From Myxococcota bacterium (GTDB taxonomy: Bacteria > Myxococcota_A > SURF-8), in NCBI GenBank assembly GCA_965140415.1, contig OZ223209.1, positions 3,168,001-3,232,000 of the forward strand: a stretch of 64,000 nucleotides of DNA. The letters are read 5' to 3'. Positions within the stretch are counted from its first letter, which is position 1. Every line of letters starts with the position of its first letter. Below the pieces are notes generated by a model. That model saw nothing but the letters and a program-made list of their open reading frames with translations, was not told where the DNA came from and made no database searches. This document shows, one piece after another, positions 8,661-17,699 of the stretch. A program made the translations under genes and the position numbers.

Positions 8661-8761
8661 TGTGCCATAGTCTTACGCGATCGAAGATCGTGGAAGGCTG
8701 TGTGTCTTCAATAAGTTACACACGGCCTCCCGGAATTTCCATTCCGTGAGACCATGGCACA
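8661..8761 (+). ncRNA. Candidate structured RNA (four-way junction), family unknown
   Basis: Four contiguous helices found by hand (see findings); three G-U pairs versus one A-C mismatch favour the + strand. Confidence 0.45.
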
Positions 8762-8859
8762 TCGTGATTACTCGATGGACAGAAATGAATAATAGATGGT
8801 CTAACACCTGGTCTGATACTTCAAGCTTTGAAAAACACATGGGAATGGGAATTGAACAG

Positions 8860-8910
8860 AAAAAAGAAGGCCGTTTCAAGAAAGACGTATTCCCGAAACG
8901 GCCTTTAAAA
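8860..8910 (-). terminator. Intrinsic terminator after the lipoprotein genes (possibly bidirectional)
   Basis: AAGGCCGTTTC...GAAACGGCCTT 11-bp stem; T-run on the minus strand. Confidence 0.7.
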
Positions 8911-8927
8911 TCACGCGAAGCTATTCA

Positions 8928-10043
8928 TCAGGGCATACAGGCGCACTGCCCGCCTGCATCCTGCGGAGTGCCGCCATTGGGACACTGGTTGTTTTCACAG
9001 GCGTAGACGCAAACCGAGAAACGACATAAGCCGTTGGTGCAATCGGCGACGGCATTATTCCAAGGTGGCGTGATGGTGTCCGAGCCGCAATCGGCGGCAG
9101 TCGAACAGGTTGCCTGCGCGTTTTCGCTGGTGACGATACACGACAAATCCTGCGCGCAAGGACCGGCGTCGGCATGAACGCCCTCGCTGCTGCACACCTC
9201 TCCGAATTCAGCTCCACCCGTATTCAATACGCAGTAGCAACTATCTCCGACCGCCATCGGATCGTGCTGATCGTCGCAAGCCCCCTGATCATCGCATCGT
9301 TCCATGCAGGAGGAATATCCGCAACTTCCTTCTACGCAGTCCGCGCCGGGCATACTTTGCTGGTTGGCACAGTCCTGATCGGTTGTACAGGTCAACTGCG
9401 CGTTGGGTTCCATGCCGATGCATTGCGTCTGCTCGCGACAGGTTACGCCATCGACATTAACCACGCCGAAGGGGCAAGGTTGATCCAGACTGGCATTGCC
9501 GCCATCCACTTTGCACAAGGCTTTCGGGTAACAGACGTATTGATCGCAGAAAAATCCCAATGGGCAGCCGCTGTCATCCTGGCAACCGGTTTGGGTGCAG
9601 ATCAGAAATTCGGACTGGGCGCTGTCTTCGAATTTGATATTCAAACAGCGTTCACCGTCCGAACAATCCGAATCGACATAGCAAGTCTGGCATTCCAGAC
9701 TGCGACAGGTCTCGGTGCTTTCGTCGCAGAACTGGTAGTTATCGTAGCTGCATTGACAGCCGGTGTTTACGTCGTCATCCCCATCCGCCGAGTCGCCGTC
9801 TGCCGTATCGCCGTCGGTGTTTTGATTGTTTGAATCGCCATCGACAAGCGGGGGATTGCTTGTATCCCCATCCGTGTCGCCATCCGTAGCAGGATCGACT
9901 TTCACGCACACCCCCAGCTGACAAGCCTCGTCGTCTGCACAATCGCGGTCGAGTTCGCACGCGGTTTCGCCATCGCTGTTACATCCCATCACCAGCACTG
10001 CTGCCCACAAGATCACCATAGCCACGATCACAAAGCGTTTCAT
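8928..10043 (-). CDS. Cys-rich lipoprotein with DGD linker and a duplicated C-terminal Cys domain
   Basis: MKRF...LVMGC lipobox, AGGAG RBS, CxxDxDC repeats. Confidence 0.85.
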   Translation of the reverse strand: MKRFVIVAMVILWAAVLVMGCNSDGETACELDRDCADDEACQLGVCVKVDPATDGDTDGDTSNPPLVDGDSNNQNTDGDTADGDSADGDDDVNTGCQCSYDNYQFCDESTETCRSLECQTCYVDSDCSDGERCLNIKFEDSAQSEFLICTQTGCQDDSGCPLGFFCDQYVCYPKALCKVDGGNASLDQPCPFGVVNVDGVTCREQTQCIGMEPNAQLTCTTDQDCANQQSMPGADCVEGSCGYSSCMERCDDQGACDDQHDPMAVGDSCYCVLNTGGAEFGEVCSSEGVHADAGPCAQDLSCIVTSENAQATCSTAADCGSDTITPPWNNAVADCTNGLCRFSVCVYACENNQCPNGGTPQDAGGQCACMP

Positions 10044-10124
10044 TTCAATTTTCTCCTGATTCTTCCTCACGATCATTCATTCGCTACAAGTACTTCAGTT
10101 ACGCCCAAACACGCATACCACTGT

Positions 10125-11507
10125 TTACGGACATTCGCAATCCTGCTGATTACAACTGAGTTTCAGTCGAAAGACATAATCCCCCGCACTGGAATTCGTG
10201 GCATCTACGACGAACACGAACCAGCCATCATACGGCGCGACGAAATCCGGTGTGTAGGTTCGATAATAGATGTTGTTTTCACACAACAGTGACGTCTCAC
10301 AAGCGGTTTCCAAACAGTTGCTTCCGCTCCAAACCGTGAAGGTAACGTGCAGATCGTCCGAGCCGCTGCATTCGTAATATGGATCGAGATGAATGTGGGC
10401 GGTTTCTCCCTGGCGCATGAATAAACGATAGGCATGATCCGGTCCGGCACCGGAACAGGTCTGGCCGGGAATCCCATCGAAATGATTGGACTCCCCGCAT
10501 AAATCGCCATAGGGGACGGAGTAACCGTATTCATTGAAAGCCGCGTCCCTGCGTCCGATGGTGCGTGCATGCGCGCAACCCGCCCGGCTTTCGCTGCCGC
10601 TGGTACAACCTTGCACGTCACAGAAAAGCGCTTCCTCTTCCGCTTCGATCTGGTCCGAATCTGCTTCTTCATCGCCGTCAGCGGGCATGTCCGCTTCTAT
10701 ATCAATCTCAATCTCATTTTCCGTTTCTACTTCGAGATCGCCATCTTCGATGCTTTCCGATTCCGCCAATTCAGACAGTTCCAGATCACCGTCACCAGGT
10801 ATTTCATCGTCTTGATCAACTTCGTATGCATCGCCATCCGGGGCGATTTCTATTTCCAGGTCTCCATCTACAGGTAGATCGCTTTCGGTGTCGCCATCGG
10901 TTGCGATGTCTTCATCGCCCGTGAAATCACCGTCCACAGGTAAATCTCCATCGATAGTGGAATCCGTTTCTTCATCGCCATCAATCGGCATGTCATTATC
11001 CGAGTCGCCATCCGAATCGCCATCCGAAGGCTTGTCTCCGTCTACAGTCAGATCGTCATCCCCGCCAAGATCGCCGTCCGTTGCGGCGTCGGCTTCTGCA
11101 TCTCCATCCGAGTTTGCATCGACACAGCTTCCGTTTTCATCGCAGCGCTTGCCGGAGCCGCAATCCTCATCGGACTGACAAAGCTGTGGGTTATCCTGAT
11201 CCGGCATACAATATCCGCCGGTACATACAAATCCATCCGGGCAGCTTTGATCCTCCGCACAGGGATCGGCGGGGACGCAGCTATATTCTTTGCAGTAAAA
11301 GCCGCCGTCGCAATCCACATTCGTTGTGCAGAAGGCTTCCGTTTGACAAATACCCTGAATGCACTGTTGGCCAACCGAGCAATCGGTATCGTCCGCACAG
11401 GCGATTTCATCACTGGAATTCGAATCCGAGCAGCCGATCAATAAGGTCAATGCAAGCAAATACACGAGATAACCGAAAACCCGAAATCCTGGCAATTTTA
11501 CATCCAT
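10125..11507 (-). CDS. Cys-rich lipoprotein with a long acidic DGD tract and a C-terminal beta-rich (PPC-like) domain
   Basis: Start ATG 11507 (MDVKLPG...LLIGC); four CxxDxxC repeats; ~160-aa D/E/G tract; GPDHAY...APYDGWFVFVVDA. Confidence 0.8.
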   Translation of the reverse strand: MDVKLPGFRVFGYLVYLLALTLLIGCSDSNSSDEIACADDTDCSVGQQCIQGICQTEAFCTTNVDCDGGFYCKEYSCVPADPCAEDQSCPDGFVCTGGYCMPDQDNPQLCQSDEDCGSGKRCDENGSCVDANSDGDAEADAATDGDLGGDDDLTVDGDKPSDGDSDGDSDNDMPIDGDEETDSTIDGDLPVDGDFTGDEDIATDGDTESDLPVDGDLEIEIAPDGDAYEVDQDDEIPGDGDLELSELAESESIEDGDLEVETENEIEIDIEADMPADGDEEADSDQIEAEEEALFCDVQGCTSGSESRAGCAHARTIGRRDAAFNEYGYSVPYGDLCGESNHFDGIPGQTCSGAGPDHAYRLFMRQGETAHIHLDPYYECSGSDDLHVTFTVWSGSNCLETACETSLLCENNIYYRTYTPDFVAPYDGWFVFVVDATNSSAGDYVFRLKLSCNQQDCECP

Positions 11508-11823
11508 CTCCCCAACCTCTCTGTATGACACGAATCTTTCAAAGGATTTCGGCATTCTACGACAAGCCGGAAAAAAAAGAAACGTTGTATGCGAAAAACT
11601 GACCAAAGTCATATATGGCATCCGGGCAATATGGCATGCTGGCCATGGTTGTACGCGATTCCGTTTTTGCAGTTGATCGGAAACGCAGCGATTCACGCAG
11701 TACCTATTCTCCCGCTCACGCTCTTCCAACAAAGACTCGAAACGCTTCTGCATTAAAACCAAGGGATAGTCGTTTTTACAGCCGGGTAGGATTCGAGTGA
11801 TTTCGATTTCAATGGGTACGGAC

Positions 11824-11853
11824 TTGACACATTCACCTAACCCATAATAGAAT
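11824..11853 (+). promoter_or_regulatory. Sigma70-type promoter
   Basis: TTGACA-N18-TAGAAT, about 40 nt upstream of ATG 11895. Confidence 0.6.
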
Positions 11854-11894
11854 CGCTCAAGTTTTTGCAATTCCTGCCACTAGGAGCCATAAAA

Positions 11895-14699
11895 ATGTCA
11901 CGTAATTCGTTTATTCGGACAGGCCGATTCTCTCTTGATTTGCTGCGATTCGCGGTGTTAGTTGGACTTTGCATGTTTGCGACATCACTTGCATATGCAG
12001 ATTACAACAGCCCGGAACCCTTTGAAGGCGCTATTGATTTCGCCGCTACCGGCGGAACGATGCTTACGGATTTGTGTATGCCGAATCCTTATGCACCTGG
12101 CACCTGCACCGGCGCTCCCGATGGTCAGGGAGACACCGGTATCATTTCTTCTACTGCCGTCATGAATGGTGTTCCTGAAGACGCTTTTGTGGTTAAAGCC
12201 TACCTTGTGTACATGGCCGACTTGCTGGACAACGTCTGGCAGCCGGATACCATGGTTGCTTTTACTCCTCCTGGCGGAGAGACCTACCAGCTTTTCTCCG
12301 GCGATCCGACACTGAATGAGGATCATGAAACCCTGCGTTTCCAGGATCAGGATCCTTTGACCGGCACCTATTACTGGTTGAATTTCTACACCTATCGGCT
12401 GGATATCACGAGCCATTTACGACATCACACCCAGGTGGAAGGCTTGAGCCTGAATGGAACCTATACCTTTGGAGACATGGACGTGTACACCGGGAGCCCC
12501 TACCTGGATCGCACCACGATTCTGGGTGGCTGGTCGGTGCTGATCATTTACGCTTCGGATAATATCGCCAGAAAGCGGATTTACTATTACACCGGTTTCC
12601 AGGTCGGTCACGATTCGGTAATCAATCTCGATCCGTCCGGTTTCGAAGTGCCTGAAGACCCAGAAGCCAAGATCACCTTTTTCCTGGGTGAAGGCGATGT
12701 CGGAATCGCAGGAGTTGGTCCGGGAGGAACTGCGACGCATTCTGAAGGATTACGCTTTAACGGCCAGATTCTTTCCGATTTGTGCAACCCACAGGACAAT
12801 CCTTACAACAGCACGGTCAACACCAATATTTTACCTTCGGAGATGCCCTGCCGAAACGACCAGTACAGTATCGACTTGGATACCTTCGATATCAGTGAAT
12901 ATCTTGATTACGGCGATACGACCTGTAGTGTCGATTTCACCATGGGTCAGGATCAGGTGTTCACGAACTACCTGATTATCTCCATCGACACCAAACTGCC
13001 CGATTTCGACATTCCCAACGAGCCGGAAAAAGACGCCTCCGTCCCGCCGGGAGAATCGCTCTATCCGGGTCAGGAGTTCAAGTATTACATTTACGTGCAG
13101 AATAACGGCGAAGATGCCGCACTGAACGTGCGTGTCAAAGACGCACTGAATTCACACCTAACCTACGTGGAAAACAGCACGTACGTAATTGAACCCAGCG
13201 GTGCCCGCATTGCCGTGCCGGACAATCCTCCGGGTCAAGCCCCCAGCATCAACGGCGTTGATGTCGCTGCCTCCTTGCCGCCGGGTGGAATCGAGCGCTA
13301 CACGGTGGAAATGACGGTCCGCCTGAATACGCTGGAAGAAGGCGTAACCAAGGAAACCATTATCGAGAATACCGCTGAAATCCTTTCTACCGGTAATGAT
13401 GCCTACATCACCAACGGCGGCATTCCGGTCATGCACAGCGTTAAGCTGGAATCCTTCGAAGGTAAACTGCATTTCTCGGCGGGCAGCCGCCATCCGGAAT
13501 CACGCTTCGTGCAACCCGGTGAAACCGATGTCGTTGCCGCTCACATCAATTTGAAAGCATTGGAAGGAGCCGTTGAGCTTTCGTCCTTCATGTTCACTCC
13601 GATGGAAGAAACCGACGCCAGCCTTTTCAAAACCGCCAAGTTGTACCATGATGTCAACGACAACGGCCTGCTGGACGATTCGGACGTGCAGATGGATCTG
13701 GAAGTTTCCTGGCTGGGCGGCGGTCTTGGTTTCAGCGATTTCAGTGAGCTGCCCGAAATCGGCAAGGACGAGGAACACAACCTGCTTCTGGTCGTCTCCG
13801 TTGATGACGATGCCGTGGCAGGCATGATCGGGCAATTGGAATTACTGGAAAGCAATGCAGCCGTTCGCGGCTTCAAGTACGGTCTTCCCTTCGAGTGTGC
13901 CAGACTTTACATTCCATCCGCAGATACCGAGATGAGTATCGAACTCGGTTACAACAATCCTGCCGATGGCTTCCTCGCTCCCGGCAGCACGGCTGCGGTC
14001 ATGCAGGTGCTGATGCGCGCCTATTCCGCCGTCACGGTTTCCGGTGTCACGTTTGCGGCGGAAGGCACCCTTTACGATTCGAAGGAAGTTCAGAGCGTGG
14101 TTTTAATCGACGATGCCAACGGCAATGGTCAATATGACAATGGTGAAAGCCAACTCGGACAACCGGCTTCCTTTACCTCTGACAATGGCACAATCTCTTT
14201 CAGTGGTTTGGGAATAAGCATGCAAGCCGGGGATTCGAAAAATCTGCTTGCCGTGGTCACCTTCTCCCAGGATGTTTCCGCCGACAAGAAGTTCCGGCTA
14301 TTGATCGACGACAACGCCCGTATCGAAGCCGGTGGGGCTGTTGTATTTGGTGCGCCATTGACCGGAAACCTGTTTACGTTCGCCGATCAGGTGGTGGAAT
14401 GCCAGTCCGATGATGAATGCTGGGCAGCGCTCGGCCAGAACTGGGCCTGCGACGATTTCGATCATATCTGCATTTCCACATCCGCCAACAGCGATGGGGA
14501 TCAAACGAATCCCGGTACAGATGGCGATTATTCCGGGCCGGGGATCAATCCCGACAATCCGCTGAATCCGGGAACGGATGGGGATGTAACTGAAGACGGT
14601 AGCAGTTCAGGGTGCCAGTCTACATCGGTTAATGCTTTGTGGCTGCTGTTCTTGTTACTGCCGGTGCTTCTGCGACGGAGGTCGCTACGCCAGCACTGA
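11895..14699 (+). CDS. Large surface protein/adhesin (DUF11-like domain, two Ig-like repeats with DxNxNG motifs, MYXO-CTERM-like tail)
   Basis: Signal peptide; PGQEFKYYIYVQNNG..A.NV.VKD.L; HDVNDNGLLD and DDANGNGQYD; tail SSSGCQ-hydrophobic-RRR. Confidence 0.8.
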   Translation: MSRNSFIRTGRFSLDLLRFAVLVGLCMFATSLAYADYNSPEPFEGAIDFAATGGTMLTDLCMPNPYAPGTCTGAPDGQGDTGIISSTAVMNGVPEDAFVVKAYLVYMADLLDNVWQPDTMVAFTPPGGETYQLFSGDPTLNEDHETLRFQDQDPLTGTYYWLNFYTYRLDITSHLRHHTQVEGLSLNGTYTFGDMDVYTGSPYLDRTTILGGWSVLIIYASDNIARKRIYYYTGFQVGHDSVINLDPSGFEVPEDPEAKITFFLGEGDVGIAGVGPGGTATHSEGLRFNGQILSDLCNPQDNPYNSTVNTNILPSEMPCRNDQYSIDLDTFDISEYLDYGDTTCSVDFTMGQDQVFTNYLIISIDTKLPDFDIPNEPEKDASVPPGESLYPGQEFKYYIYVQNNGEDAALNVRVKDALNSHLTYVENSTYVIEPSGARIAVPDNPPGQAPSINGVDVAASLPPGGIERYTVEMTVRLNTLEEGVTKETIIENTAEILSTGNDAYITNGGIPVMHSVKLESFEGKLHFSAGSRHPESRFVQPGETDVVAAHINLKALEGAVELSSFMFTPMEETDASLFKTAKLYHDVNDNGLLDDSDVQMDLEVSWLGGGLGFSDFSELPEIGKDEEHNLLLVVSVDDDAVAGMIGQLELLESNAAVRGFKYGLPFECARLYIPSADTEMSIELGYNNPADGFLAPGSTAAVMQVLMRAYSAVTVSGVTFAAEGTLYDSKEVQSVVLIDDANGNGQYDNGESQLGQPASFTSDNGTISFSGLGISMQAGDSKNLLAVVTFSQDVSADKKFRLLIDDNARIEAGGAVVFGAPLTGNLFTFADQVVECQSDDECWAALGQNWACDDFDHICISTSANSDGDQTNPGTDGDYSGPGINPDNPLNPGTDGDVTEDGSSSGCQSTSVNALWLLFLLLPVLLRRRSLRQH

Positions 14700-14804
14700 A
14701 TGAATACACGCGTTAAATATGGTTGTAGCAGGTATGTTTTCAAGAATACCTGCTTGTTCTCCTGCATCGCAGCGATTATCATCTTTGAATAGGGAGACGA
14801 GTCC

Positions 14805-17633
14805 ATGACACGCACAATCTTGTTGTATTCTTTGTTGTTGCTTTCCGTTTTTCTGAACGGCTGCAAGCTGGAATTCCAGATCCCGGATGATGAGGAATCC
14901 CCTTGCTCCCAGCAGCAACCGGGAGATTGCACCTGCCCAAATGGAGATACCGATTTACCTGCCTTAGATGGGGATTCGGAGGGCTCCGATTCCCCTTTCA
15001 TTACGGATGGTGATTCCGCAGAGAACACAGAAACCGACGGGGACAAAATCGATGGGGATGTGCCGGACGGCGACGGCATCATTCCCGATGGCGATGATGT
15101 CACTCCTGACGGAGACAATATTTTCCCCGATGGAGATGCAGAAGAAGACATGGAAAAGGAAGAGGAAACGCTCCCGGAAGCGACTCCACTACCCGCTTCC
15201 ATTTCGCAAGTTACCAGCAGTACGATAGCCTTTACCTGGGAAGCTGATAAAGAAATCCTCTCCGTTAGGATCGAAATCGGAGCGGAGCCGCCTTCATCAT
15301 CTGTTGGAGAAATGCCAGCTCCGGTGAAAACAATCGAATTGGATGACGATCCCGAAGTTTATGTCTTCGATCAACTCGCTCCCGGCGTTCATCATTTCAT
15401 TCGCATTACGGCTGAAACGCAAGAGGATGAACTGGTCGCAGTTCTGCATGCACGCACCGAAGGTGGTCCGAGGGTTCTATTGGATACGGCGGTTCGATCC
15501 ACTTTCTTAGCGGCCCCGGATATTCTGGCTGTCGTACTGGCGAATGGAGATGGTCCCACCTATCAGGATGGTCCGTGGAGTGTCATTCGTGAAAATGGCG
15601 ATGAGATCTCGGTTCAAGAGATTCATCGACGATCAATCCCGGTGGGAGCACCGGAATATGATATCGGTTGGGGTGCCCCCTATTCCGATTCGGTAATCGA
15701 TGTCGATCACACCATTTACCTGCAACTGGAAGAGCCGGTTGGCAATCGGGAAATACTGACTGTCAACGGACCGGATGAAATCGATTTCGACCTGTTTTAC
15801 AGCGACCGTTATCTCGAAACTACGGCGATTCAGGTCAATCAGGTTGGTTATAGTCCACGAGCAACGCAGCGCTATGCTTATGTGTATTCCTTCCTGGGAG
15901 ACGGTGGAGTTCATGACCTTATGAATTTCCCGGCTGACGCCAATGTTTTAAAGGAAGGTCGGGATGGCAAAAGAGTGATGGCTGAAAGTGGGCTTGCGAT
16001 TTCCCTGCGAACGACCAATGATCCCGACGCCGGTGGCGCCGTTGCCGACATCGACATCGCCGGATTGACCGCAAACGAAGAAAAGAACTATTTCATTCAG
16101 GTGCCTGGTGTTGGCGTTTCTTTTCCAACGATGGTCAGCGAAAAAGCCGTGTTCAAATCCTTTTTCACTGCTGCGCGTGGACTTTTTCACAATCGCTGGG
16201 GAGGCGATCTGAAACCGGAATGTACGGAATGGTCAAGACCTGCCGATCATCCTACGGTTTACACGGCAGAGGAAATGGACTTCACGAAAATGTACCCGGA
16301 AGACACTCCGACCGAGGGCGAACGTCCTTTGGCTGGCGGGTACCACGATGCGGGCGACTTCGACCAGCGTCCCACGCATACGATTATTCCGATGGTGCTC
16401 ATGAGCGCCTACGAACTTCAAAGCGAGCGCTTTACGGATTCGCAACTCGTACTGCCTGAAAGCGGTAACGGCATCCCGGATCTGTTGGACGAAGCACTTT
16501 GGGGAGTCAACGCCTGGGCCGCCTTGCAGGATGAAAACGGCAGCGTTCGCATGGGAGTTGAATCTTTCAGACATCCGTGGGGATTTTATCTTGCCAACGA
16601 AGATCCCCTGCCCTACTGGACCTTTGCAGCGCATCAGAACATCACTGCGCGCGCGGCGGGTCTGTTCGCCCAAGCTGCCAGACTCGTGGCTCCCTTCGAT
16701 TCCGAGCGCGCGGCGCAGTTGCAAGATCGCGCGGAGCGCGCCTATGCGTTTGTTACAACCAATCCGGCGGCAATTGCGTACATGCTTTATTGTGCCGGTG
16801 AAATGTACAAACTGACTGGCGAGTCCAAATACCGCGAGGATTTTGAAACAGCATGGTATCGCATGGGAGACTATGGGGCATTCCATCGCATTGCGTTAGA
16901 CTACCAGGTCACACTTAATGCGATGCTGACTGCTCTGACCGATCACGATGCCGCCTTTGCCAAGGCCGACTATTTAACGGCCTATCTGCAAAGTGACGAA
17001 ATCGATGTAAACATTCGCGAAACCAGCCGTACGTTCCTGCGCCAGGGCCTGGAAACGATGCGCAACAACTTGAACAACAATTTCGGCCATCGCAATCCGC
17101 GAAGAACCGACATCTCCATTACCTGGGGGAAAGCTTCCTCTCTTGGCACCTATGCAGAGGCGGCTGTCGCGATTTTACGCTTGCGCAATCAGAGTACGGA
17201 ATGGGAACAGCAGGCATTCGATATGCTCTCCTTAAGCGCCGACTTCATGCTGGGCTGCAATCCGTTGGGCATTACATTCTACACCGGACTGGGAAGTCGT
17301 CCTCCGGAAGAACCCCTGCATCTGGATTCACTGGTATACATAAAACAAGGTCTGGGTCCGGTTCCTGGCATCCCCGTTTTCGGACCGACCAACGGTCCCC
17401 TGGTTCACTACTGGGTGCAACCGACCTTGGATGAGTTCTATCCGCAGATTACGGCGTTACCTCTTCTGTTGCGTTTTGGAGATGTGCGTACGATTGTAGA
17501 GTGCAGCGAATCGACAACCTGGGGAGATTATGGACCGAACATGAAGGTGTTCGCGACACTTCTTGCAGGCGGAATGACACCGCCTGCCAGTTGGCTGCCG
17601 GGCGGGGAAGACCATCGGAATCCGCTGCCGTAA
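14805..17633 (+). CDS. Glycoside hydrolase family 9 lipoprotein (DGD tract, FN3/Ig-like domains, GH9 catalytic domain)
   Basis: Lipobox FLNGC; VNQVGY; GGYHDAGD; LPESGNGIPDLLDEA.W; LGCNPLG..F.TGLG. Confidence 0.85.
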   Translation: MTRTILLYSLLLLSVFLNGCKLEFQIPDDEESPCSQQQPGDCTCPNGDTDLPALDGDSEGSDSPFITDGDSAENTETDGDKIDGDVPDGDGIIPDGDDVTPDGDNIFPDGDAEEDMEKEEETLPEATPLPASISQVTSSTIAFTWEADKEILSVRIEIGAEPPSSSVGEMPAPVKTIELDDDPEVYVFDQLAPGVHHFIRITAETQEDELVAVLHARTEGGPRVLLDTAVRSTFLAAPDILAVVLANGDGPTYQDGPWSVIRENGDEISVQEIHRRSIPVGAPEYDIGWGAPYSDSVIDVDHTIYLQLEEPVGNREILTVNGPDEIDFDLFYSDRYLETTAIQVNQVGYSPRATQRYAYVYSFLGDGGVHDLMNFPADANVLKEGRDGKRVMAESGLAISLRTTNDPDAGGAVADIDIAGLTANEEKNYFIQVPGVGVSFPTMVSEKAVFKSFFTAARGLFHNRWGGDLKPECTEWSRPADHPTVYTAEEMDFTKMYPEDTPTEGERPLAGGYHDAGDFDQRPTHTIIPMVLMSAYELQSERFTDSQLVLPESGNGIPDLLDEALWGVNAWAALQDENGSVRMGVESFRHPWGFYLANEDPLPYWTFAAHQNITARAAGLFAQAARLVAPFDSERAAQLQDRAERAYAFVTTNPAAIAYMLYCAGEMYKLTGESKYREDFETAWYRMGDYGAFHRIALDYQVTLNAMLTALTDHDAAFAKADYLTAYLQSDEIDVNIRETSRTFLRQGLETMRNNLNNNFGHRNPRRTDISITWGKASSLGTYAEAAVAILRLRNQSTEWEQQAFDMLSLSADFMLGCNPLGITFYTGLGSRPPEEPLHLDSLVYIKQGLGPVPGIPVFGPTNGPLVHYWVQPTLDEFYPQITALPLLLRFGDVRTIVECSESTTWGDYGPNMKVFATLLAGGMTPPASWLPGGEDHRNPLP

Positions 17634-17699
17634 TATTCAAGAAACAAGTACTCCTAAAATTTTAGCTTTTCATAAATGGAGTGGCAAGCCGGAAGAAAT

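Noticed and set aside
8673-9006. Short ORFs 8673-8879 (-) and 8746-9006 (+) as radical SAM precursor peptides
   Set aside because: No convincing RBS or precursor motif, and they overlap the terminator and the structured element.
11508-11870. Track's 120-aa extension of the 10125 lipoprotein
   Set aside because: Spans the divergent promoter region; the signal peptide starts at 11507.
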